From Squalus acanthias (lineage: Eukaryota), in the NCBI GenBank assembly GCA_030390025.1, contig CM059432.1, forward strand, positions 144,834,001 through 144,898,000: 64,000 bases of DNA, in the 5' to 3' direction. Below the pieces are notes generated by a model. The model was not told the DNA's origin. It saw nothing but the letters and a program-made list of their open reading frames with translations, and made no database searches. The position numbers were made by a program, and so were the translations under genes. The stretch's first letter is position 1, and every line of letters starts with the position of its first letter. Shown here in pieces: positions 25,185-38,560 of this stretch.

Positions 25185-26222
25185 TAGGGGCAAGAGAGCC
25201 CCAAGTGGGCAGAGGAAACGCTTCAAGGACACCCTCAAAGCCTCCTTGAAAGAGTGCAACATCCCCACCGACACCTGGGAATCCCTGGCCCAAGACCGCA
25301 CAAAGTGGAGGAGAAGCATCCGGGAAGGCGCCGAACACCTTGGGCTGGATTTTGATTGACCCGTGGGAGGCGGGTTTGGAGGTGTGTGGGGGGTTAAAAT
25401 CGCGAAAACTGGCGGGTGTGCACAAGTCCGCCTCCACGCAATTTTCATTAAGTCGTGTCTGCTGGTCCCGACTCCGTCCTGCCTTTAAGAGGCGGGATAG
25501 GTTGTTAAGGCTCTTAACAAGCACTAAATTGGCTCTATAATGCCATTTTGAAAGGCCTTTGTGATTTTAACCGTTGTTATACGTGAAGCACGCCTGTTCT
25601 GAACCACGATTGTGAAACCTGGCGGTAGCACATATGGATAGGGCTGGCTGGCTGTGGGGATGCATATGTGGATGGATGGAGAGGAGACATATCTGGGAGT
25701 GGTGATGTAAAAATATCTGGGCGCAGACTTAGGACTGCTGCTGCTCATTTTGCAGGTCCTCTCACAGCAAAGGCCAGGCAGTGTTTGAAGACCTTCAATG
25801 CAGCAGCAATGATGACATCATCAGAGGCAACTTTCAGACTGAAAACACTAATTGGGTCATGGATTCCCACATGCTGGAACTCAATTGCCCAATTAGATGA
25901 AAATTGCATCAATCTCCCACATCCAATTGCAGTCGGGTGGATAACACGAAAAGTGGATGACACGACCCCAACCCACCCCAGTATCAAAATCCAGCCCCTT
26001 GAGTCTCTTCGCCGGGAGCAAGCAGAAGCCAAGCGCAAGGAGCGCACGTCAACCCAAGCACCCCGCCCACCCGCCCCTTCAACCACCGTCTGCCCCACCT
26101 GTGACAGAGACTGTAGGTCCCTGCATTGGACTCATCAGTCACCTGAGAACTCATTTTTAATGTGGAAGCAAGTCATCCTCAGTTCCGAGGGACTGCCTAA
26201 GAAGGAGAAGAAGGAGGAGGAG
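25185..26222 (+). mobile_element. RTE-clade LINE 3' fragment, split by a MITE
   Basis: GQRKRFKDTLKASLKECNIPTDTWESLAQDRTKWRRSIREGAEHL | ESLRREQAEAKRKER...CPTCDRDC...HLRTH. Confidence 0.85.
25342..25997. mobile_element. Non-autonomous DNA transposon (MITE), 656 bp
   Basis: TIR GGGCTGGATTTTGAT / ATCAAAATCCAGCCC; CTT on both flanks, and removing the element plus one CTT restores the RTE frame. Confidence 0.9.
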
Positions 26223-26859
26223 GGGAAAACAGAGCTAGAGAATGAGAGTCAACATCAATAATTCAAAAATTAATTATCCTATTACTGCAAAATTTAGAGA
26301 GAGACAGCCCTTATTATTCTACTAGAAATTACTAATTATTGAAAGACTTCGATGAGATATTAGATAAAGGTGTACATGAATGCAAGTTGTAATTCTAATC
26401 TGCAGGCGTAAATACAACAAGATAAATTCCTCCAATAACACCAAACAGCAAGACCCTACTTTATATCAATTCTGTTTAAATGTCCTTCATGTAGGGAAAG
26501 AAGCCTGGTATTTTTGTTTAACTTTATGAAAAGTGTTATGAATGATTTTTCATGAAGAACTGCGTACCATTCGGGGAATGTCATGCCTAGTCTCTTTTAT
26601 AGACATGTATCCATTAGAGATGATCCCATTTTGATTCCAATACAGAATACACATTTGATTTTGGAAATTTTAGCCATTTTTGCCACTCTTTCATTACACA
26701 CCGTGATCAGCAGCACAATAAAATAAACCAGACAAAGTATCTGCACTATAATATCACACAAGCAACCGGGAAACAGATGAGACATTATTACGTGCAGACA
26801 AAGTATATCCTGCTATACTGCAGTGACGGTGGTAGATTTTTAAACACAGGGGTACTCAC

Positions 26860-26989
26860 TGGAAGTTGGCGACTTGTACAGACACAGGAACATGGGGAAG
26901 CTGTGCAACCCATTTCAGAGTAACATCTTGGTATATGAGTAGCTTGTTATTGTGGTTCCCAATGAGAGTGTTTATTGTTCCTTCCAACA
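26860..26989 (-). CDS. BBS9: BBS9 coding exon (130 nt; ~exon 9)
   Basis: ttgtag|TG TTG GAA...TTC CA|gtgag; (V)LEGTINTLIGNHNNKLLIYQDVTLKWVAQLPHVPVSVQVANF. Not in the ORF track; read directly. Confidence 0.96.
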
Positions 26990-29900
26990 CTACAAGGTAA
27001 ACAACGGAAGAAATAAATTACTGGTTTCCCCAACAAAATAAACACCATACACAATGCAGTATTTCACATCTACAGGCGCATTTGTCTTTCCTGTTTTAAC
27101 TCACTGGGGATCATAACAATTTACATAAGACTATATGGAGGTTACAATGTTTTAGTTTGTTAAAACAAAGCACTTCACAAAGTAAAGTTTGAACAGAATT
27201 CTCCATGTGCAGTGCCAGCAATGCCTGGTGCACATGCAAGTGACTAGGATTGGAGTTTATAGAAGTGTTTTTATTTGATAAAGCTGGAATGGTGATTGGA
27301 AAAAGCATCACGTGGTTTTCAAACCTTGGCACATTCTGCAAATGTATCAGCAACTCCTGGAACTTGTTGATATATTTTCCCAATTTATGGTATACAGCTG
27401 ACTGATCCTTCAGAAAATATTTGTCCTATCTGACTGGGACGGTTGACTCTTTACCAATTATACAACGTATATATAAACTCTGGTTTATACAAAACATTTG
27501 CACAATATAGTTTACAACTAGAAGACAAAAGATGACAGAAAGTCAATTGGCCTAGTTCAAATCGAGTAAATCTTCCAGATTCAGAATGAACTTCTCATTT
27601 ACATTTGGATCATTTTCTAGCTGGGAATTTTGCTACCATTCCCATACAAAGACTCAGGAATACATCTGATCTTCATAACAAATAAAAACGACTTTTCTTG
27701 AAGTTCAATGGATTATAAATCAAACAGCTAATATTATGTGTGAAAGTTCTAATACAATGTTTGTTTTAGTATGCACCTTCAAACGATAATGAATGGCATA
27801 CAGGTAGAATGTGAAAATAAAGAAACAATTAACTGCTACTGTGCAGGAGATAAGACCAACCTGCAAATGCTACGGCAAGCACTTTAAAGACCAATTCTAC
27901 AAAAACAGTGCTTCAGCAACAAAGGAAATGTAACCAAAATGCCACAACCAGTCTTCCTGCTACCTCTCCAGGACGTCAGCACATAATCTAGGCTGTCTCT
28001 TCAGGGAACGCGGCATGGCAGAGGTACCGCCTTGTGGACGAGACGTTAAATCAAAATCCTGTCTGCGTATGCCTACATTACAACAGTGACTACACTTAAA
28101 AAATAATTCACTGGCTGAGAAGTGTTTTGGGATGTTCTGATGATGTGAAAGCTGTTACATAAATCCAAGTTCTTTCTACCATCTTTATTTCAATTCTGGG
28201 TTGTGCACGATGATGTCAGCTTATTTTTCCTCTGGCTAGCTATTCTTTGAATACATTTCTATTAATATAAGAATTTTTAAGAATAGGAAATGGCCATTCA
28301 GTCAAACAAACATGCCCCTTGTTCACAGTTCACCCCTCCTACCCATCTTCCTGCCATATCTCCCAATTCCATTTCTTGCAAATGAATCCAATTGTCTCGA
28401 GAACCCATTTAATTTAACTTCCTGATCCTCACCTTGAAGTCACTCCACGGCCCCACACCACCTCTACTATCTCCTCTAGCCCAGTGTCCCACCCACCAAA
28501 TCTCCGTTCCCCTGACTTTGGCCTTTTGTACAAGCCCACCCCCCACCATTGGTGGCACAGATTTCAGCTGCCCAGATAGGACTTTCTGTAATTCCATCCA
28601 AAAAACTTTTCACCCCATCTCCCCCTTTAAAAACTCTCTCAAAACCCATCTCTTCAACCAAGCTTTTAGTCACCTCTCCTAATCTCTTTGTTCCTGACTC
28701 GCTTTCTCCTATGAAGCAACTTGGGACATTAATGGTGCTATATACATGCAAGTTGTTGTTGTACTGTCTGATTCAATGTCCTTCCCTGATAACTTATTAC
28801 TCGGAGTCAAACAGTTCTTACTGACTTCTCATCTGACATACTAACTTGTGTTCCTGACATAGGTGAACAATTTTCCTGGGGAAATGTTGTCAATTCCCGA
28901 TGTAATCTTGAAAATTTCAATGAGATCACCTCAATCTCCAATTTTCCCCACGAAGAAGCCCGCCTTCTTTAATCTTTCCTCACAACTTCAATTTCGGATG
29001 CCCATAATCATCTGCTACACTCATCTTCCTGCCCTCTCGAGGGCAATAATATTCTTCCTACGAATAGGTGATCCAAACTGGACACAGTATTCCAAATGGG
29101 AACTGAGCAATGCCTCTTGCAGAAACACTATTACCTCTTTTAATTTGTACTCTATCCCTCTGCTAAGGCAGCTCAATACCTAAACTGCCTCTTTAAAAGC
29201 TATAGCCAAGCACGGTGCTGATGGTTTCACACATTTATTCTCTAGCGCCCAGATGGCTTTGCTGATCAGCACCCTCTTCCACTATTTCATTTGACACCTT
29301 CTCCTACTGTTAGATAGACGGGAGCAAGGAACTGTGTGTGTAAAAATCTGCGTCTATCGTACACCTAACACACTTCAGGTGCCACAGTTGCATATGCAAA
29401 ATATGTGACTTATCTGCACCAGATTGTGTCAGATGTCACGTTTATCAAACAACAAATCACAACTGAATGGGTTGGGGAACTTCCAATCACCAAGTAGCAG
29501 GAGATGTCGAAAACTGCCACTCAAGAATCGGCTGTAACAGCTAGGGTAGGAGAAGGGGGGCCAATAAAACCATTCAAAAATGTTATTTTGGGAATGTGTC
29601 ACCCATCTTGTTCTTCAAACAGTTAACCATACACATGCCACAAATTTAGAACATAATGAGAAAAGCTACAATTTGCAAAAAATTACTTGAAATTAACCAT
29701 TAAATTGTTCAGCTCCTGTTGGAAATACACACTGAGCTTTGCTGAGGCACAACCCCCATCAGAAACCTTGGAGCTTGAGGGTGGCTTCAAGGCCACCCTC
29801 AAGTGGGACAGTTCTGCATTCGATTCTACAGGAAATTTTAAAAAAAAGTTCCATCCCCACCCAACCAGAGTCCATTGTGTTGCTTTCAGGCTTGGCCTAT

Positions 29901-31630
29901 AGCGTTTCCCAGCCCGGTACTGACCTATTGGCCCGAGTGCTGACCAATCGGCCTGAGTGTTTCCCAGCCTGCCTGCTCGTTTGCCAATCTGAATCCTTTC
30001 CAGCCCACTTGCCTGACTTGTCCAAGTCCAAACTTGCTTGCACGAGTACTTCCTGGCCAGCCTGTTCACCTGTTGCCCGTACAATTCAGCCCAGCCTGAC
30101 TCAGACAGTGATCGTACAATGAGGTCCCGTGCACTGAGTCACCAGATACATAACTCCCAATAAGTGCTGCCTGAGTTTTTTCTGCTAATGCCTTGGTTTC
30201 TCTTGACTGGCTGTATGCTATGCCAATCCTGGGAAGCCACATTCTTCATTTAGGCACCTGAATGCAACAGAAAGATATCACTCTTCTGAGTCTAATGAAC
30301 ACCACCATTGGAGTGAGGGCAGAAGGCACATAGATCAGAAACTTCTTTCCCAATCCTTTTAGCAGAAATTGCACACCTGTCCCACACCACAGCACTTCTG
30401 TCCTTGGGATAAAGTGACCACAAACTCACCATAGGAAATACAAGGAAGATTCACTAGTTTTCTTTTAAGGATAAATGTTGAATACAGTGTCTGTCATCGT
30501 TCAAGAAATTATTAAAATTACTCAACTGGGTTAATCTTGCAATTCAATACATACATCATACCTAGTGCATCAACAAAGCTATGATTACTCTCCCTAACTC
30601 ACCCCCATGGCTGCTGAAATCCTGTTTGACACAGTTGTCAGTTTTGGAGCCGGTATTGTTTATAATATTTATGTAAATGACTTAGGAGGACAGAATATTA
30701 TTCAAGATGTCTAAGTTTGCAAACTATGCCAAATTAGGTACAATGATGCTAACCAATGTGTGATAATTCAAAGGAATCTGGACTGTTTAGGTCAATGAGC
30801 AGAGGTAGCAGATGGAATTCAACATCAAGAATTGTAAAGCCATGCAAGGTGCCCAAAACTGGGCACAATATTCTATGTGCAGCCTTACCAGCTTCATATA
30901 GGTTTAGCATTACCTCTTTGCTTTTGTACTCAATGCCATTAATTTTGAAAGTTAGAACATAATTTTTTTTTTAAACCTATCCTCCCACTTTTAAAGATTT
31001 GTCTCATAAACTCTTAACTGTCGCTACTCGTTTCACCATTTACCATTCAGTGTCCTTTACTTATTAATCCTCCTAAAATGTACTACTCAACATTGAGCTA
31101 GAAGGGGAGAAGACAATGGTGGAATTCACATTCTGGCAGTACGCTCAATACTAAATGTTACTGGTGTCCTTTAACCATATAAGCCTTCAAGTTACTACTA
31201 TTCATATTAGCAGCCAAACTGGTAACCAGTTGTAAGACATTCCCCTGTCTGGTATTTGAACAGAGGGATTAACTTGTTTATTTTAACAGGTTGGTGCCTC
31301 AATTAATATAGTAGAACAGAGGAATGGCATATGAGCATGTGAAGCATTGGCCCGCTAATATCTTTCTATGTTCTTGGCACTTTCTAATCTGTAGCCTTCA
31401 TCTATTTACCATGAATGGTCCCACCTCATCATTTAACATTATATCAGAAATTTGCATTGTCTCAATTGATTGAGACAGTTACGATGACAGAAAGAACTAA
31501 TTAGACTGGTAACTGTCGCCGAAGGATTGGCGTGTTCTTACAGAATCCCTCTGTCCCATATTTTCAGTCATTCGTTCATTTTACTTTAGATGGTCCAAGA
31601 CCTCAGTTAAACAGCAAACTGAGCAGTTTT

Positions 31631-34600
31631 AAGAAACAGAGAAGATAGGAGCAGGAGTAGGCCATTCGGCCCCTCGAGCCTGTTCCGCCATTTAATGAGA
31701 TCATGGCTGATCATCCAAATTCAGTACCCTGTCCCTGCTTTCTCCCCATATCCCTTGATCCCTTTAGCCTGAAGAAATATATCCAACTCCTTCTTGAATA
31801 TATTTAATGAATTGGCCTCAACTGCCTTGTGTGGTAGAGAATTCCACAGGTTCACCACTCTCTGGGTGAAGAAATTCCTCCTCATCTCAGTCCTAAATGG
31901 CTTACCCCTTACCCTTAGACTGTGACCCCTGGTTCTGGACTCCCCTGCCATCGGGAACATCCTTCCTACATCTAGTCTGTCTAGTCCCGTTAGAATTTTA
32001 TAAGTTTCAATGAGATCCCCTCTCATTCTTCTAAACTCTAGCAAATATAAGCCTAATCAACCCAATCTCTCTTCATACGTCATTCCTGCCATCCCAGGTA
32101 TCAGTCTGGTGAATCTTTGCTGCACTCCCTCCATGGCAAGAACATCCTTCCTCAGATAAGGCGACCAAAACTGCCCACAATACTCAAGGTGTGGTCTCAC
32201 CAAGGCCCTGTACAACTGCAGCAAGACATCCTTGCTCCTGTACTCGAATCCTCTCGCTATGAAGACCAACATATCATTTGCCTTCTTAACCGCCTGCTGC
32301 ACCTGCATGCTTACCTTCAGCGACTGGTGCACAAGGACACCCAGGTCTCGTTGCACTTCCCCTTTTCCCAATCTATTGCTGTTCAGATAATAATCTGTCT
32401 TCCTGTTTTTGCCAGCAAAGTGGATAACCTCGCATTTATCCACATTATACTGCATCTGCCATGCATCTGCCCAATCACCTAACCTGTCCAAATCATACTG
32501 GAGTTTCTCTGCATCCTCCTCACAGCACACACTTTGTGTCGTCTGCAAACTTGGAGATATTACATCTAGTTCCCTTGTCTAGATCATTAATATATATTGT
32601 GAATAGCTGGGGTCCTAGCACCGATCCCTGCGGTACCCCACTAGTCACTGCCTGCCACTCGGAAAAAGACCCGTTTATTCCAACTCTTTGCTTCCTGTCT
32701 GCCAACCAGTTATCTATCCAAGTCAGTACCTTACCCCCAATCCTATGTGCTTTAACTTTGCACGCTAATCTCTTATGCGGGACCTTATCGAAAGCCTTCT
32801 GAAAGTCCAAATACACCACATCCACTGGTTCTCCCTTATCTATTCTACCAGTTACATCCTCAAAAAATTCCAGTAGATTAGTCAAGCATGATTTACCTTT
32901 TGTAAATCCATGTTGACTTTGTCCGATCCTGTCACTGTTTTCCAAGTGCTCTGCTATTACATCTTTTATAATGGACTCTAGTATTTTCCCCACTACCGAT
33001 GTCAGGCTTACCGGTCTATAATTCCCCGTTTTCTCTCTCCCACCTTTTTTAAATAGTGGGGTTACATTAGCTACCCTCCAATCCATGGGAACTGTTCCAG
33101 AGTCTATAGAATTTTGGAAGATGACCAGCAATGCATCTACTATTTCTAGGGCCACTTCCTTAAGTACCCTAGGATGTAGATTATCAGGCCCTGGGGATTT
33201 ATCGGCCTTCAATCCCATCAATTTCCCTAACACCATTTCCCTACAAATACTGATTTCATTCAGTTCCTCCCTCTCATTAGATCCTATGTTCCCCGACACC
33301 TCTGGGAGGTTATTTGTGTCCTCCTTTGTGAAGGCAGAACCAAAGTATGTATTTAATTGGTCTGCTATTTCTTTGTTCCCCATTATAAATTCCCCTGATT
33401 CTGACTGCAAGGGACCTACGCTTGACTTCACCAATCTTTTTCTCTTCACATATCTATAGAAGCTTTTACGGTCAGTTTTTATGTTCCCTGAAAGCTTACT
33501 CTCATATTCTATTTTCCCCCTCTTAATTAATCCCTTTGTCCTCCTTTGCTGAATCCTAAACTGCTCCCAATCCTCAGGTTTGCTGCTTTTTCTGGCCAAT
33601 TTATATGTCCTCTCCTTGGATCTTATGCTATCCCTAATTTCCCTTGTTAGCCACGGTTGTATCACCTTTTTTGTTTTATTTTTATGCCAAACAGGGATGA
33701 ACAAATTCTGTAGTTCATCCATGCGATCTTTAAATGTTTGCCATTGCCTATCCACCGTCAACCCTTTAAGTAACGTTCCCCAATCCATCCTAGCCAACTT
33801 GCGCCTCATACCATCGTAGTTTCCTTTATTTAAATTCAGGACCCTAGTCTCTGAGTCAACTACTTCACTCTCCAACTTAATGAAGAATTCTATCATATTA
33901 TGATCGCTCCTCCCCAAGGGGCCTCACACAACAAGTTTGCTAATTAATCCTTTCTCATTACATAATACCCAGTCTAAGATGGCCTGATCTCTAGTTGGTT
34001 CCTCGACATATTGGTCCAGGAAACCATCCCGTATACACTCTAGGAATTCCTCCTCCACAGTATTGTTACTAATTTGGTTAGCCCAATCTATATGTAGATT
34101 AAAGTCACCCATGATAACTGCTGTGCCCTTATTGCACGCGTCTCTAATTTCCCATTTAATGCCATCCCCAACCTCAGCATTACTGTTAGTGGGAGTTGTA
34201 TACAGACCCCCAAACGTTTTCTGCCCCTTGGCATTTCTCAGCTCTAACCATACAGATTCCACATCATCAGAGCTAATATCCTTCCTTACTATTGTGTTAA
34301 TCTCTTTAACCAGCAATGCTACCCCACCTCCTTTTCCTTTTTGCCTGTCCTTCCTGAATATTGAATACCCCTGGATGTTGAATTCCCAGCCTTGATCACC
34401 CTGGAGCCATGTCTCCGTAATCCCAATTATATCATATCTGTTTACATCTATTTGCGCAGCTAATTCATCCACCTTATTACGAATGCTCCTCGCATTAAGA
34501 CACAAAGCCTTCAGGCTGGTTTTTTTAACACTCTTAGTCCTTTTAGAATTATTATTTACTGTAGCCCTGTTTGATTTACACCCTTGATTTCTCTGCCTTC

Positions 34601-34751
34601 CATTTTTGCTTTTCTCCTTCCTGTCTTTTGTTTCTATCCTTGCTTCCCTTTCCTCTGTCTCCCTGCACAAGTTCCCAACCCCCTGCCATTTTAGTTTAAA
34701 CCCTCCCCAACAGCACTAGCAAACACTCCCCCTAGGACATCGATCCCAGTC
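31631..34751 (-). mobile_element. CR1-clade LINE, 5'-truncated in the last codons of ORF1; full-length but disrupted ORF2
   Basis: ORF pieces 33924-34670 (APE), 32520-33917 (RT), 32057-32548 and 31721-32044; CR1 3' UTR at ~31631-31715. Confidence 0.95.
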
Positions 34752-36397
34752 AACTTTAAATGAACCGTACACAATATAAACAGAGGGAGGGAGGGAAGAA
34801 GGGCAAGAAAAGGAAAAGTTTAAGCAGTAACTTCAGTTTGGCAGGTTAAACTTATTCTACCTGCTTTGCTACTGCTCGCAACACCTGTCTCCCCCCGGGT
34901 TTTGGCCAGTTTAGTGTCAAGCAATTAAGTTAAGTTATTAACTAAAGAAAAAAAAGTGAATGTTTTTGAAAATCATACCTATTTTGTCAAGTCTATAATT
35001 ATGCTGTCAGATTTTATTTTCACATCAGCCAAGTTTTTACACGTTAATAACTTGCTCTGGCTGATCTAAAAGTTGCCCAATCTATTATTGTTACATTATC
35101 TAAACCAAAGTACAGTTCTGATCTGTAAACAGAGACTTATAAATATACAAACAAATGCATAGAAACAATATAATTCTACAAACCTTTGATTTCTAAAATA
35201 GACTCTCAATTCAGCAAAAACTTTGCAAACATTCTAAAGTCCCAGTACCTACATACTATAATTAAAAGCAGTGTTTAAGAGATGACAGAAACTAACAGAT
35301 TACAGGCTCAGTAAGTCCTGTGACTGAAATGAGTGCAACTAAAAGCAGTAGTAAAGCCTTGCCAGAATCTTTGGAAATGCTACTGCAACCCACAAAAGTA
35401 GTGTGTGTGAACTGTGTAAATAATTGTGGCTTGTCATTTAGCTTAATTGTGCCTTTATTTAGGTCTCTAGCTTGATTTGAGTTTTAGCCATGTTCAAAAA
35501 AATTGATTTTCTCAAATTTACCTGGGAATATTGGAGTTTGGAGTTTTTCTCCCAGTTTTTGATGATAAAAAAAAGTTTCTCCCTAACTACTCTATCAAAA
35601 CCCCTCGCAATTTTGAAGAGCTCTATTAAATCTCCTCTTCACCTTCTCCACTCTTAGGAGAACAATCTCAGCCTCTCTAGTCTCTCCAACATAACTGAAG
35701 TCATGTGAACTTAAATTATAAGCACCTTGTTTTAATACAAATAAATAGTAGGCAAATAACTGTGATATAGTAGAAATATTTGCAGTAAGAATTCTTGTAT
35801 CTATATGCAATTCTTATATGCAACCCGTCTTTGCATCATCTCCCGGAACATGACTTCGTCTGCTCTCTCAGTAATGTCCTCCCTTCTCCCCGAGAGCATG
35901 GGGGCTCTTTGCTTATCCTCAAATGTGCGGAAATGAAAGGAAGCAACAAAGAACCCTCGACGATATGAAGTGGTGGTGCCTGTTTGAGGAGCTGCCCCTG
36001 CACATTTACATTCCTGTTCCTTAAAAGTGAAAAAAACTTTAAAATGAATGACTATAGAATTACTCCAAGACTGCAGGTAAATGAACTGCACGGAGTTCAA
36101 AGAAGAAAACAGCCAATAAACAGTGAATAAAGGAGTTTTTCCTTGTAGGAACGGGTAATTGTCAAGGCTGGTGCCATTAACAGGTCAGGATGACCATGCA
36201 AGAAACAAAGTCCTTAAAGAGTCAATGTCCACGGTCATTTTTGCCTCAGTAGATGGCAGCAACTCTATTTATATGTCAAAGTTCAATGTATATGGAAGAA
36301 TATTTTGTAGGATATACAAGCATGTACTTTAAAACTTCAAAGACATTTAGTAGTCATGGACTGCAATACAACCAGCACTCAAAACATTCTGCCATGT

Positions 36398-36850
36398 GAT
36401 GCGACCCCTTACCGCCCCACGGCAAAAATTCAGCTGTGCCCCGCGAGGCTGCCGCGGGCGGTGTCAGCACCAGCCTCGCGGATCGCGAGCCAGGCCGACC
36501 GTGCCGTGGCGTGGTCCCGGCCAACATCGTGCCGCACTGCATCTCAGCGCCGGCTACTGCCATGGCACCACGCCGCCCTGGTGGCCTCGTTGGGGCCATC
36601 GGACGCCCTGCAGAGTGTGCAGCGGCCCTCCCCTTTAACTGAAGGGGAGGGGCATTGAAACGCTGCAGTGCTCCATCGCCTCAGTTACCGCCCCACCAGG
36701 AAGTGGAGCGTCCGACATTGCGCTCCACTTCCTGGGTGGGGCAGTAAGGCAAATTTTCGCAGCCGTGGCGGGACTTCCTCACCGGGTGCAGGATGTCCCG
36801 CCTCGCCAGCGTTACCGTCCCGAAACGGGGCGCTACTGAATTTCGCGCCC
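36398..36850. mobile_element. GC-rich MITE-like element, left end unclear
   Basis: Right end CTGAATTTCGCGCCC; shares motifs with 44008-44722. Confidence 0.6.
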
Positions 36851-37139
36851 TCTATCTTTGTACATTTAATGATTAGAGTCTGATGTTATTGCAGTTGCCA
36901 GAACACACTTGGTGCTTGGTATTGCATTTTATGCCAGTGTTTATGCCTAACACCAGTGTTAGGTGTAGTGCTCCTAATTCTTTGACTAAAATTGTCCTCC
37001 AATTACCATGGGTGAGATCAGTACTTCAACCTGGAGGAGGGGAGAAGAGAGAATAGAATTACTAGACCACTTGTTTCTGCTAGAATAAGGTGGCACATCT
37101 ATAAGCTACACTGATATATGGAGAGGGTACAACACGGAC

Positions 37140-38560
37140 TCACTAGAATGCTGCCTGGTATGAGAAAATACAAATACAATACCAAGAAAGACTTGAAAAA
37201 TAGGATCTTTTTTCATCAGAACAATGCAAATTACAGGACGATATAATAAAAGTGCTTAGAATTATGAAAGGATGGGACAGGGTAGACAGAAGCATGGTTT
37301 TATGAAGGGTAAATCATACAAAGATGGGAGGGAAAGCAGTGAGTGAGGAGGACATAAAAAACCTGCAAAAGGACATAGACAGGCTAAGTGAGTGGGCGGA
37401 AATTTGGCAGATGGAATATAATGTTGGAAAGTGTGAGGTTATGTACTTTGGCAGAAAAAATCAAAGAGCAAGTTATTATCTAAATGGAAAGAAACTGCAA
37501 AGTGTTACAGTACAAAGGGATCTGGGGGTCCTGGTGCATGAAACACAGAAGTTTAGTATGCAGGTACAGCAGGTGATCAGGAAGGCCAATGGAATCTTGG
37601 CTTTTATTGCAAGGGGGATGGAGTATAAAAGCAGGGAAGTCTTGCTTCAGCTATACAGGGTACTGGTGAGGCCACACCTGGAGTACTGCGTACAGTTTTG
37701 GTTTCCATATTTAAGAAAAGATATACTTGCTCTCGAGGCAGTTCAGAGAAGGTTCACTCGGTTGATTCTGGAGATGAGGGGGTTGACTTATGAGGAAAGG
37801 TTGAGTAGGTTGGGCTTCTACTCATTGGAATTCAGAAGAATGAGAGGCGATCTTATCGAAACATATAAGATTGTGAGGGGGCTTGATCGGGTGGAGGCGG
37901 GGAGGATGTTTCCACTGATGGGTGAGACTAGAACTAGGGGGCATAATCTTAGAATAAGGGGCTGCCGTTTCAAAACTGAGATGAGGAGAAACTTCTTCAC
38001 TCAGAGGGTAGTAAATCTATGGAATTTGCTACCTCAGAGAGCTGTGGAAGCTGCGACATTAAATAAATTTAAAACGATAGACAGTTTCCTAGCTGATAAG
38101 GGAATTAAGGGTTATGGGGAGCGGGCAGGGAAGTGGACGTGAGTCTAGGTTCGGATCAGCCATGATCCTATTGAATGGCGGAGCAGGCCCGAAGGGTCAT
38201 ATGGCCTACTCCTGCTCCTACTTATGTTCTTATGTTCTAAGCAGACTGTTTCCAGTAGTTGAGGAGTCAAGAACGAGGGGCCATAGATACAAGATTAAAT
38301 GTAAGAGCTTTAGAACATAGGGGAGGCGCATCTTCTTCACACAGAGAGTTGGGAGACTGTGAGATTCACTTCCAGGGTTAGTGGTTGAGGCAGAAACTAT
38401 GTCAACATTCAATAGTAGATTGGATAGATGGATGAAGGAAAAAGGGTTGAAGGGATATGGGAAAAAGGAGGGTAAATGTGATTAGACCTACTTTCTCAGA
38501 GGGTAAACGCCAACACAGACAGTTGGGCTGAAATGTCCTGTTTCCATGTTGTAATTTCTA
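37140..38560 (+). mobile_element. Older degenerate CR1 3' fragment, split by the 37290-38238 insertion
   Basis: ggtagacag(aagca)gactgtttccagtag rejoins as ...VDRSRLFPVVEESRTRGH, the CR1 ORF2 C-terminus. Confidence 0.75.
37290..38238 (+). mobile_element. CR1 3' fragment, same subfamily as 60399-62502, nested in an older CR1
   Basis: ORF 37324-38142 is the RT C-terminal half; cttatgttcttatgttct tail; AAGCA on both sides. Confidence 0.92.

Noticed and set aside
25668..26261. 197-aa ORF
   Set aside because: Chance read-through from MITE sequence into an RTE C-terminal fragment.
35801..36100. 99-aa minus-strand ORF with a good splice acceptor (ttttcacttttaag) near 36020
   Set aside because: No recognisable homology, no clear donor, and an immediate stop in the BBS9 phase. 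A cryptic or poison exon cannot be supported without RNA data.
36354..36883. Cluster of overlapping ORFs in GC-rich DNA (also 44263-44663)
   Set aside because: Stop-poor GC-rich MITE sequence with no protein motifs.
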